Shown: one piece after another, positions 17,701 to 24,628 of the stretch | Layout: every line of letters starts with the position of its first letter | How positions within the stretch are numbered: position 1 is the stretch's first letter | NCBI GenBank assembly: GCA_016866895.1 | Contig: VGKX01000001.1 | Span: forward strand, 1 to 24,628 | Origin: Candidatus Parvarchaeota archaeon | GTDB lineage: Archaea; Micrarchaeota; Micrarchaeia; Anstonellales; VGKX01 | Direction: 5' to 3' | Length of the DNA: 24,628 nt | Position numbers and translations under genes: made by a program | Notes under the pieces: model-generated | What the model was told of the DNA's origin: nothing | Databases searched by the model: none | Seen by the model: the letters and a program-made list of their open reading frames with translations, nothing else

Positions 17701-18111
17701 TTGTCACACGATGCGATGAACCCAGCACTGAAGTGCGGGGCATTACTGCGCCCTGTACCCACGACTGAAGACTATTGGCATGGTCGCGTCGTGTAGTCAC
17801 AAGGTACGACCAAGACTAAACTTTGGGCCAAACCGAGCTTGAGAATGCCGGTGCACACTGGAACCACTAGTCACAGGTCAACAGCTGCACCTTGTGAAAG
17901 ACCACAGACTAAATCCATGGTTTGCCTACATTGACTGGCTTAAGATGAAAAGTTGTATGCCTCGGTGCGCGCCTCCTTTGCATGAGTGCGAAAGACTTGC
18001 AAGCACCACGTTCTTTCGATGAGTAATATTTGAAACAGGTGTTGTGTTGATGCCTCAGACGCTGTTGACCTCATCACATTTTACAGTGGTTGTTCACATC
18101 ATCACAGGCAA
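17701..18111 (+). ncRNA. Candidate large structured non-coding RNA (~410 nt), class not recognised
   Basis: No ORF >=60 aa. 5' and 3' ends pair (UUGUC/GGCAA, GAUG/CAUC, UGAAC/GUUCA); several internal helices; C-GAAA-G tetraloop; upstream TATA; downstream T-tract at 18132-18136. Hand-folded only. Confidence 0.6.
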
Positions 18112-18159
18112 AAATAGTTTCGCGGGATAGGTTTTTATTATGTTCAAGCAAAAAGCCAA

Positions 18160-18174
18160 TATAACCCAGTTATA
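18160..18174. promoter_or_regulatory. Inverted repeat TATAAC-N3-GTTATA upstream of rbkR; candidate autoregulatory operator
   Basis: Perfect 6-bp arms, ~20 nt downstream of TATA-like TTTTTATTA (18132-18140) and 32 nt before the ATG. Confidence 0.45.
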
Positions 18175-18206
18175 GAAAAGCATGGAAAAAGGAAAGGTGT
18201 GAGGGC

Positions 18207-18848
18207 ATGTTTGACGAGCTTTTGATTTTGCTTTTGAAAAAAAGGGCGCACTTGGAGCCTGTGAGGCTTACCACAAAGGAAATAGCAACAGAGCTTGGTG
18301 TGTCCCAGCAGACAGCCTCCAGGATGTTGCTGCAGCTTGAGAGCCAGGGCTTTGTAAAAAGGAGCTCAAGCAACATAAGTGTGAGCACAGACGCCTACAA
18401 CAGGGCAAGAAAGGAATTCCTCTCATTGCAAAAAGTTTTTGACTCCGAGCTTGAATTCGAATTTTCCGGAAAAGTGGTAAGCGGCCTTGGGGAGGGGGCA
18501 AGGTATATTGGCATGCCAGAATATGCAAAAAGAATAAAGGAAAGGGTTGGGTTCAGGCCCTATGCAGGCACACTAAACGTTCGCATAACGCCAGATGAGA
18601 TTGAAAAGCGGCTTAGGCTAAAGTCAAAACCAGGGGTTGAGGTTGGCGGTTTTGAGAAAGGCGGCAAGACATATGGAAAACTGCTCTGCTACAGGTGCAG
18701 GATTGGGAATATAGGGGGGGCGCTTGTTTTCCCTGCGCGCTCAACACACGGGTTAAACACACTTGAGGTTATAGCGCCAGTTGATTTGAGAAAAAGATTC
18801 GGGCTAAACGACGGCGACTGGATTGAATTTAGGGTATTGCTTGGCTAG
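18207..18848 (+). CDS. ribK: CTP-dependent riboflavin kinase with N-terminal winged-helix DNA-binding domain (RbkR type)
   Basis: wHTH signature TTKEIATELGVSQQTASRML; archaeal RFK motifs GKVVSGLGEG, GFRPYAGTLN, P.RSTH, LEVIAPVDLR..FGL.DGD. Confidence 0.93.
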   Translation: MFDELLILLLKKRAHLEPVRLTTKEIATELGVSQQTASRMLLQLESQGFVKRSSSNISVSTDAYNRARKEFLSLQKVFDSELEFEFSGKVVSGLGEGARYIGMPEYAKRIKERVGFRPYAGTLNVRITPDEIEKRLRLKSKPGVEVGGFEKGGKTYGKLLCYRCRIGNIGGALVFPARSTHGLNTLEVIAPVDLRKRFGLNDGDWIEFRVLLG

Positions 18849-18875
18849 AAAGTTGCATTGGATATTTCCTACCCC

Positions 18876-19079
18876 CTATATGGCTATTGCCTTGAAAAAA
18901 GCCCTGGCAAACGACTCATCTGCTTTCCCGGGGAGATGGACTGGAAGAGTCTCGTTTGGGGATAACCCCCAGGACGCCACTTTTCCAGAGCCGGATTTCA
19001 TTGAGTCGAACTCTTCGGAAGGTTTCCCAAGTATCGGTTTTGATGCCGGTATGCTGGATGGTGCTTGCGCGCTTGCCAT
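18876..19079 (-). CDS. Possible small protein, 67 aa
   Basis: Fills the gap between ribK and the TPR gene; TATA-like AATATATA on - about 30 nt upstream of the ATG (leaderless geometry). No motif recognised. Confidence 0.35.
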   Translation of the reverse strand: MASAQAPSSIPASKPILGKPSEEFDSMKSGSGKVASWGLSPNETLPVHLPGKADESFARAFFKAIAI

Positions 19080-19178
19080 ACTTTAGGTATATTGAGCAAT
19101 AGGTATATATTTGTTGCAGAAAAAATAAGTGCGGGGAAATGATACATGTATTGAAAATAACGCAGGTTGAGTGGTTGT

Positions 19179-19736
19179 ATGAGCGATGAGCTTGAGGATT
19201 CACTTGTTGCAAAAAACGAGGAAGAAATAGAGGAAAAAAAGCTTGTGGAGGCACAAAGCACGGCACAGGATTTGGTTGATGTCGCGCCGGCTGATGCACT
19301 TGCCTGGTTTGTGAAAGGAAAGACGCTTTACCTTGAGGGGAATTTTGAGGAGGCGCTGTCCTGCCTGGCGCAGGCCGCATCCCTTGACAAGCAGCAGCCT
19401 GCGATATGGCACTTGATGGGCTTGACGCTGCTGCCATTAAACAGGGTTGGAGAGGCTCTGGATGCCCTACAATATGCATCGGCTGCGCTTCCAAATAACA
19501 GCGATATTAAAGTGGCGCTTGGCGTGGCATGTCTTCTTTCAGGAAAACTTGAAGAGGCCCGGGTGAATTTTGACCAGGCATATAAAGCCGACCCGCAAAA
19601 AACAAGTGTTGTTGCCAACGAACTTTACGACACATACATTTCAAGAAGCAACGCCGTGGAAGGCTCGACAAAGGCTTTGCTTGAGCGCATGCTTGAGACG
19701 CGCAAAGTAGCGGCGATAAACGGATATGAGGTATAG
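19179..19736 (+). CDS. TPR-repeat protein (~185 aa)
   Basis: TPR signatures AWFVKGKTLYLEGNFEEALSCLAQA, IWHLMGLTL..LNRVGEAL, ALGVACLLSGKLEEARVNFDQA. ATG 19179 preferred over TTG 19167. Confidence 0.88.
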   Translation: MSDELEDSLVAKNEEEIEEKKLVEAQSTAQDLVDVAPADALAWFVKGKTLYLEGNFEEALSCLAQAASLDKQQPAIWHLMGLTLLPLNRVGEALDALQYASAALPNNSDIKVALGVACLLSGKLEEARVNFDQAYKADPQKTSVVANELYDTYISRSNAVEGSTKALLERMLETRKVAAINGYEV

Positions 19737-19802
19737 AAAAGCAATTTTGAAAAAAATTAAATAAGAAAACTGAATAAGTTATTAGAAACGTGGGTGGTTC
19801 GA

Positions 19803-22136
19803 ATGGGAAATAAAAGGATAATTACGCTATGTATGTTGGCTATTATTTCAATTGTCATGGGTTTCGCAAGCGCCCAGGTTCCGGATATAAATATTAATCT
19901 TTTAAACCCGCAAGAAGGAGCTGCATTCACAACATCAGATGTGACTATTTCATATGGTGGGTACGGCCCCGGGCAGCAGGGGACTTGCGAGCTTTATGTC
20001 AACAACCAGCTTAAAAATTCAACCCCGCTATTTGTGAATGCAGACTATTTGGCAACATATGGCAATGGGGGTTATTCATGGTATGTGAAGTGTTCAAATG
20101 CAACGGGTGCTGCCAAAACAAGCGAGTCTAGAACTTTTAGCGTTAACGCCCCGGTTCCTTCATTGGAGGTGGTATTGACAAGCCCGGCAAACAACACAGA
20201 GATTGTTTCTCCATTCGTGGAATTGGAGTACAGCGTTTCGTCTGACAGCACCCAGGCAGTTAAATGCGGAGTGTATTTAAACGGGGCATGGATTGCGACT
20301 TCATATGGAAAAGGAAGCAAATCGGCATATTTGAGCAATCAGCAAAACGGCAATTACACATGGTATGTTTCATGCAATGTAAGCACCGTAACTAAAACAA
20401 GCGAAACTAGGGTCTTTTCGCTCAAGCCTCAGACTGCCGACCCCATTTCAATCACGCTTAACAATCCGGCAAACAATCGTGTTTTCAACATAACAAACGT
20501 TAGTTTTATGTACAACGTAGGAACGGCAGCTGGAAACCTAAATTGCAAACTCTACATAGATGGGGAGGTTGCTGATTCAAAAACTGCCCATGGAACCACA
20601 TTCTTCAGCAAAGAAATGCAAAATGGGATTTATTCCTGGTATGTCTATTGTGCAAATGCAAACGGCACAAATGCAACTTCAGAAACAAGGGAGTTCAGGG
20701 TGAATGTTCCTGTCCAGAACATACCAAGCTTGACAGTTGTGCAAATGAGCCCCTTAAATGGTGCCGTACTGCCAGGAGGATGGTTGTATTATTCATACAA
20801 TGTGTCAACGAACTCCACGGCATCACCAGTATGCAATACTTACCTTGATGGAGTTGTTGTAGCAACTGAGACAGGAGCAGGCGTGAAAAGTTTTAGGACA
20901 GAAAAGTACTTCACTCCTGGGAACTACAATTGGAAAGTCAGCTGTGCTGCAGGCATTGCAAATGCAACAACCGATACATGGGCATTCACAATTCAATCTA
21001 GTGAGCCTACCACCCCTGCTCCTTTGAACATCATGCTGACAAGCCCGCAAAACAACACGGCTTTTGCCTCAACACCAGTTAACCTAGGGTATTACGTACC
21101 GGGCGGGGCAAGTGCAAACTGCGAAGTGTATTTGAATGGCCAGGTAGTTGATTCCAGGCTTGTGACAAGCACATACACGCATTCAGCAATAGTACAGACC
21201 GGAGAGTATGAGTGGTATGTCAAGTGCACTGGAGTTGGGACAGCAGGAAACGGAACAAGTGGCAAATATAGATTTACAGTTAGTTTGCCCCAGCCGCCAA
21301 CACCACAAGTGACTGTGTCTATTGACAACCCAGAAGATGGATATGTCAGCAGTTTGGCGAATGTCACTTTGATGTACAGGGCATTTACCACAAACCCAGG
21401 GCAAATGCAAGTCAGCTGCGCCGTCTATGTCAATGATGCCATAAAGGACACGCGCCTGACCCAGGGAACGACCTTTTTCACATCAGAGTATGCAAATGGA
21501 AACTATGATTGGTATGTCAAATGTACGGACGACACAGGCGCAACCAATATGACACAAGTGAGGAGTTTTGTTGTGAGTGCGCCTGCAAGCAAATCCCCCC
21601 CGGCCCCAATAAGTGACGGCGGCATTCTGGGTGGAATTATGGATTTCATCGGGAGCATTTTCTCAGGTGTCGCAAACTTCATAGGAGGGATTTTCTCTTC
21701 GGGAAAACCTGCCGACCCGATTACCGCCGCCACAAATTCCGAATTTTATTCGCAAAGCGAGCTTGCCGATGATGCCGATGCTTCAGTGTTTGGCAAATAC
21801 ATTGCAAAATACACGCCGGAGAAACTAAACGAGAATGAAAACGTGAAAAAATACGTGTCAAAGCTTTCAGGCAAAGGCTACAAGTCGGCGCAGGTGATGG
21901 TAATGAAAGGGGAAAGGACCTGGTTTTCCGCATATGCGACCTTTGACGGGGAAGAGATGCTTTCGTTTGGACAGGTTTATGAAAACAGAAATGCGGGCGT
22001 CAAGGCAGTAATAGCCAAGGATGATGCAGTGAAACTATTGAATGCGCAAGACATGCAGCCGTTCATTGATGCCTACATAAACGGCAAAATAAAAGCAACA
22101 CCGTCAGGGCTTCTTGAGAGCCTGGTGCTAGGGTAA
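19803..22136 (+). CDS. Secreted/surface protein with six ~95-aa disulfide-containing Ig-like repeats, a Gly-rich amphipathic segment and a C-terminal globular domain
   Basis: Signal peptide MGNKRIITLCMLAIISIVMGFASA; six repeats of the form P.N....V...Y...C..Y.(N/D)G...G.Y.W.V.C; GGTGG SD before ATG 19803; ATTAAATA TATA at 19756-19763. Confidence 0.9.
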   Translation: MGNKRIITLCMLAIISIVMGFASAQVPDININLLNPQEGAAFTTSDVTISYGGYGPGQQGTCELYVNNQLKNSTPLFVNADYLATYGNGGYSWYVKCSNATGAAKTSESRTFSVNAPVPSLEVVLTSPANNTEIVSPFVELEYSVSSDSTQAVKCGVYLNGAWIATSYGKGSKSAYLSNQQNGNYTWYVSCNVSTVTKTSETRVFSLKPQTADPISITLNNPANNRVFNITNVSFMYNVGTAAGNLNCKLYIDGEVADSKTAHGTTFFSKEMQNGIYSWYVYCANANGTNATSETREFRVNVPVQNIPSLTVVQMSPLNGAVLPGGWLYYSYNVSTNSTASPVCNTYLDGVVVATETGAGVKSFRTEKYFTPGNYNWKVSCAAGIANATTDTWAFTIQSSEPTTPAPLNIMLTSPQNNTAFASTPVNLGYYVPGGASANCEVYLNGQVVDSRLVTSTYTHSAIVQTGEYEWYVKCTGVGTAGNGTSGKYRFTVSLPQPPTPQVTVSIDNPEDGYVSSLANVTLMYRAFTTNPGQMQVSCAVYVNDAIKDTRLTQGTTFFTSEYANGNYDWYVKCTDDTGATNMTQVRSFVVSAPASKSPPAPISDGGILGGIMDFIGSIFSGVANFIGGIFSSGKPADPITAATNSEFYSQSELADDADASVFGKYIAKYTPEKLNENENVKKYVSKLSGKGYKSAQVMVMKGERTWFSAYATFDGEEMLSFGQVYENRNAGVKAVIAKDDAVKLLNAQDMQPFIDAYINGKIKATPSGLLESLVLG

Positions 22137-22302
22137 AGTATCAGTTGGCAACAGCATGCAAAATTTTCTGGCTTTAGCCACGTTTCTTCTTTTCAGCATT
22201 TTAACTTAGTTAGATGTTTCGTGTGGCGAAAAGAGAGTTGACGGCTGGAAGTTTGTCCAAGACCATTATTGCATTTATCGCATGGCAAAATTAAAAATGA
22301 TT

Positions 22303-22373
22303 AGTCGGGTGAGGGAGTTGAACCCCCCTCTCCCCGTCTGCAGCGGGGCGCATAGCCGATCTGCCAACCCGAC
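22303..22373 (-). tRNA. trnC: tRNA-Cys (GCA), intronless, CCA not encoded
   Basis: Acceptor GTCGGGT/ACCCGAC with U73 discriminator; anticodon stem CCCCG/CGGGG with loop CT-GCA-GA; T arm GGGGG-TTCAACT-CCCTC. Confidence 0.97.
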
Positions 22374-22408
22374 AAATATATCCTTTCTGCGAATTTACGA
22401 CGTAACAG

Positions 22409-22436
22409 TTAATAAAGGGAAAACAGGCTTTAATAC
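22409..22436. promoter_or_regulatory. Divergent TATA boxes: TTTATTAA (-, 22416-22409) for tRNA-Cys and TTTAATAC (+, 22429-22436) for the CBS gene
   Basis: Consensus-like sequences at the expected spacing from each gene start. Confidence 0.55.
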
Positions 22437-22459
22437 TTTCCTATTCAATTGATAGACAG

Positions 22460-23527
22460 GTGGTGCCAGTGGATATTAAGGAGCCTAGCATAGTTGATTT
22501 TAACGATACCGTTTCCAAGGCTTTTTCTAAAATTGTCAAATCAGGCTTATCAGTAATTGTGACTAAGGAAGGAAAGTATTACGGCTTGATTGATGATAGG
22601 GACATTAGGCAAAATGCCATTGATGCCGGAAAAACCAAATGCGGCACGATTGCCATGCGGGCGCCAACGCTTGACACAAAAAGCGGCGTTGAGGACATGT
22701 GCAAGGCCTTCTTTGCAGGAAGGTTCAAGTCATTGGCGGTGCTTGAAAAGGGCAAGGTGGCCGGGGCTTTCACAAGGTCTGACCTGATACATCTGATACT
22801 TGAGGCGCGCATGCTTGAAAAAAACAGGGTTGAAAATGTGATGAGTGCGCCTGCAGTATGCATTGACTCAAAGGCCACAATAGCAAATGCCAAGGCCCTG
22901 ATGAAAAAGCACAATGTCAGGAGGCTGATTGTCACCGAAAACAGCAGGTTGGCAGGCATAATTTCTACGTTTGACATGGTGCAGCCCAAGCTTGCACCAA
23001 AACAGTCGCCGCTTGGGGCCAACAAGGCAAACGTTGACCTGCAGCAAGTCGGCTCCCACATGCGGGAGGAAACCGTGACTATTGAGCCGGAAAAACCCAC
23101 ATCCGACGCAGCAAAGCTCATGGTCCAGCACAATGTCTCGGCAGTGATTGTTTCAGACGGCCTGACACCACTTGGAATATTGACTGCAAGGGACCTGTTT
23201 GAGACTGTAATGAAAACCGAGGAGAAGGATGTAATATATATTTCCGGACTGGACCAGCAGGACAGGGAAAGCTACGATGCAATCCATGACGAGGCAAAAA
23301 AAATACTTGGCAAGATGCAAAAAAGCCTGCAGACCCAGTCCCTGTCCATACATGTAAAAAGGGAGGGCAGGAGATATAGCATCAGGGCAAGGCTGCAGAC
23401 TGCTCATGCAGGCATAATTTCAGCTTCTGCGCAGGAGTGGGATATTTTTTCGGCCATGAAGGCAGTCCTCAATGAGATAAAAAGGATGGCTGCAAGGAAA
23501 AAGCCAAGCCCGCTGCACCACTCTTGA
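22460..23527 (+). CDS. 4x CBS-domain protein with C-terminal HPF/RaiA-like domain; putative ribosome hibernation factor
   Basis: CBS motifs (GKYYGLIDDRDI, VAGAFTRSDL, VRRLIV..LAGIISTFD, VSAVIV..LGILTARDL). The C-terminal SIHVK..RYSIRARL....ISASAQEWDIFSAMKAVLNEIKR fits the HPF beta-alpha pattern. Confidence 0.85.
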   Translation: MVPVDIKEPSIVDFNDTVSKAFSKIVKSGLSVIVTKEGKYYGLIDDRDIRQNAIDAGKTKCGTIAMRAPTLDTKSGVEDMCKAFFAGRFKSLAVLEKGKVAGAFTRSDLIHLILEARMLEKNRVENVMSAPAVCIDSKATIANAKALMKKHNVRRLIVTENSRLAGIISTFDMVQPKLAPKQSPLGANKANVDLQQVGSHMREETVTIEPEKPTSDAAKLMVQHNVSAVIVSDGLTPLGILTARDLFETVMKTEEKDVIYISGLDQQDRESYDAIHDEAKKILGKMQKSLQTQSLSIHVKREGRRYSIRARLQTAHAGIISASAQEWDIFSAMKAVLNEIKRMAARKKPSPLHHS

Positions 23528-23610
23528 AGAAAGATGGAACGCAGGATGTGTTATTGCAGTTATTTTTTGGTTTTAGCCCGGGTGTGAAGGAGATGCAAGG
23601 GGGCATTTTA

Positions 23611-24048
23611 ATGAGAACAGGCAAACGTTGGCGCAAAGGCCAGGTCTCAATTGAGCTAATGGTAATCATAGGGTTTGTGGTGCTGCTTCTCATGCCTGTC
23701 CTGTTCTCGCTTTATTACAGGACAAACCAGGCAAACGAGCAGCTGTCACTTGCCCAGGCAGATTTGGTTGCAACGCGGCTGGCAAGCACCATTGATGTTG
23801 TTGGGACAACGCTTGGCTCAAGCATCATTACAGAGGCCATAATTCCCAATGGAGTCAAGTCAATTAAGATTGAGAAAAACGAGGTAAACATAAAAATAGG
23901 CACCTATGTGGGCGACACGGAAGTTGTAAAGCACACGAGATTCGAGGCTGATGCCAGTTGCAGCGACATATCGAAAATGAAGTCGGCCGGCACTTACATG
24001 GTTGAAGTCAGATCATCTGACAACGGCATCTGCGTTAAGCTTGTTTAG
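23611..24048 (+). CDS. Class III signal peptide (archaeal type IV pilin-like) protein
   Basis: MRTGKRWRKG|QVSIE followed by hydrophobic LMVIIGFVVLLLMPVLF (KGQ-x-S-x-E prepilin motif). Start moved from ORF-track 23524; ATG 23593 is an alternative. Confidence 0.85.
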   Translation: MRTGKRWRKGQVSIELMVIIGFVVLLLMPVLFSLYYRTNQANEQLSLAQADLVATRLASTIDVVGTTLGSSIITEAIIPNGVKSIKIEKNEVNIKIGTYVGDTEVVKHTRFEADASCSDISKMKSAGTYMVEVRSSDNGICVKLV

Positions 24049-24069
24049 GCTATTGGGAACAAGGAGCGG

Positions 24070-24628
24070 ATGTTAACTATGGCACAAGATGTAATACCTG
24101 CCAGCGCCACAAATGAAAAGCTGCTGGATGAATGCGCAAAGCCGCAAGAAGCAGCTAAAAGCGCTGCTGCAGGCAAATCCCTTGACAGGGTATTCATCCT
24201 TCTTTTTGTTGCGGCAATTGCCATAGCAGCTTATGCATACTTTGAAGGCCAGTCAACACCAGGGTTTACGCCGCCCATTAAGCTTGGCGATGCGCCCATG
24301 CATATCCACCCCCGCCTTTTCGTTTATATAGATGGGGAAAAAATCCAATTTCCGGCAAATGTTGGGCGAGGAGCTGAAGGTGGATTGCAATTACAAGGCG
24401 AGTATCCAGTGCACACCCATGGCGAGGATTACCTGAATGGCACTGTGCATGTTGAATCGGCAGACACACGGCCATTCACGCTTGGGCACTTTTTCCAGAT
24501 TTGGGGCAAGAAATTCAACAAGGATTGCATCATGGATTACTGCAGCGGGTGGGGAAAAAAGCTTTCAATGAGGGTCAACGGACTTCCCAACTACGAGTTT
24601 GACAGGCACGTGTTAAAAGACGGAGAAC
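24070..24628 (+). CDS. Single-TM conserved hypothetical protein with His motifs; truncated by the window end
   Basis: My translation: MLTMAQD...RVFILLFVAAIAIAAYAYF...MHIHPRL...PANVG...VHTHGED..GTVHVES...FTLGHFFQIWG..., open to base 24628. AAGGAG SD at 24061-24066. Absent from the ORF track because it has no stop. Confidence 0.85.
   Translation, partial: MLTMAQDVIPASATNEKLLDECAKPQEAAKSAAAGKSLDRVFILLFVAAIAIAAYAYFEGQSTPGFTPPIKLGDAPMHIHPRLFVYIDGEKIQFPANVGRGAEGGLQLQGEYPVHTHGEDYLNGTVHVESADTRPFTLGHFFQIWGKKFNKDCIMDYCSGWGKKLSMRVNGLPNYEFDRHVLKDGE

Noticed and set aside
17688-17942. RNase P RNA (GAGGUAAAGUU; ACA-N6-GGCUUA; CAACAG..GUGAAA)
   Set aside because: The CR-I-like word lies outside the closing helix, there is no proper GAGGAAAGUCC/P4 pairing, and the CR-V GAA is missing.
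17701-18111. SRP RNA (CCCUGUACCC resembles the Alu UGUNR region; paired ends)
   Set aside because: No helix-8 CAGG..GNRA..AGCA motif on either strand, no long helix 5, and the segment is too long. A cmsearch should still confirm this.
17701-18111. FMN riboswitch (it lies upstream of riboflavin kinase), hammerhead (CUGAAGA at 17765) or C/D sRNA
   Set aside because: RFN conserved blocks are absent; no GAAA follows the would-be hammerhead stem II; C/D box spacing is wrong.
22156-22209. 17-aa hydrophobic mini-ORF MQNFLALATFLLFSILT
   Set aside because: No RBS or promoter; the T-rich terminator-like sequence explains the hydrophobic codons.
584-22373. Functional link between the SerK-like gene and tRNA-Cys (Sep-tRNA pathway)
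   Set aside because: They are 21 kb apart with no SepRS or SepCysS in the window; co-occurrence is probably chance.
22303-22373. tRNA as an integration site for an island
   Set aside because: No duplicated tRNA 3' end and no integrase seen in the window.
18916-23407. Antisense ORFs such as 18916..19494 and 22579..23133
   Set aside because: They lie largely or entirely over well-supported genes and show no motifs or start signals.

Overview
Gene-dense archaeal window (TATA/BRE promoters, CTP-dependent riboflavin kinase, class III signal peptide, intronless tRNA-Cys without encoded CCA). The content looks most like a DPANN archaeon, e.g. Micrarchaeota-like, but that is inference. The left two-thirds, on the minus strand, holds a ~4,500-aa secreted surface protein (9 beta-helix/NosD-type modules, a central Ig-like A/B tandem array, 2 inserted homologous domains, no C-terminal anchor). 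It is followed by an ~850-aa membrane-anchored paralogue carrying two conotoxin-like cystine-knot motifs, then a SerK-like ParB-fold kinase and a small hypothetical gene. The right third, mostly on the plus strand, holds wHTH-riboflavin kinase (RbkR), a TPR protein, a 6x Ig-like secreted protein, tRNA-Cys (minus strand), a CBS+HPF-like putative hibernation factor, a pilin-like protein and a truncated His-motif membrane protein. The best candidate for something undescribed is a ~410-nt ORF-free segment (17701-18111) that folds by eye into a closed, multi-helix RNA with a thrice-repeated internal-loop motif. It is transcribable from the same TATA element that drives the giant gene in the opposite direction. 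The second candidate is a homologous domain shared by the giant's C-terminus and the partner's N-terminus, suggesting a two-part (linked or polymerising) surface appendage. All structural and family calls were made by eye, with no database searches.
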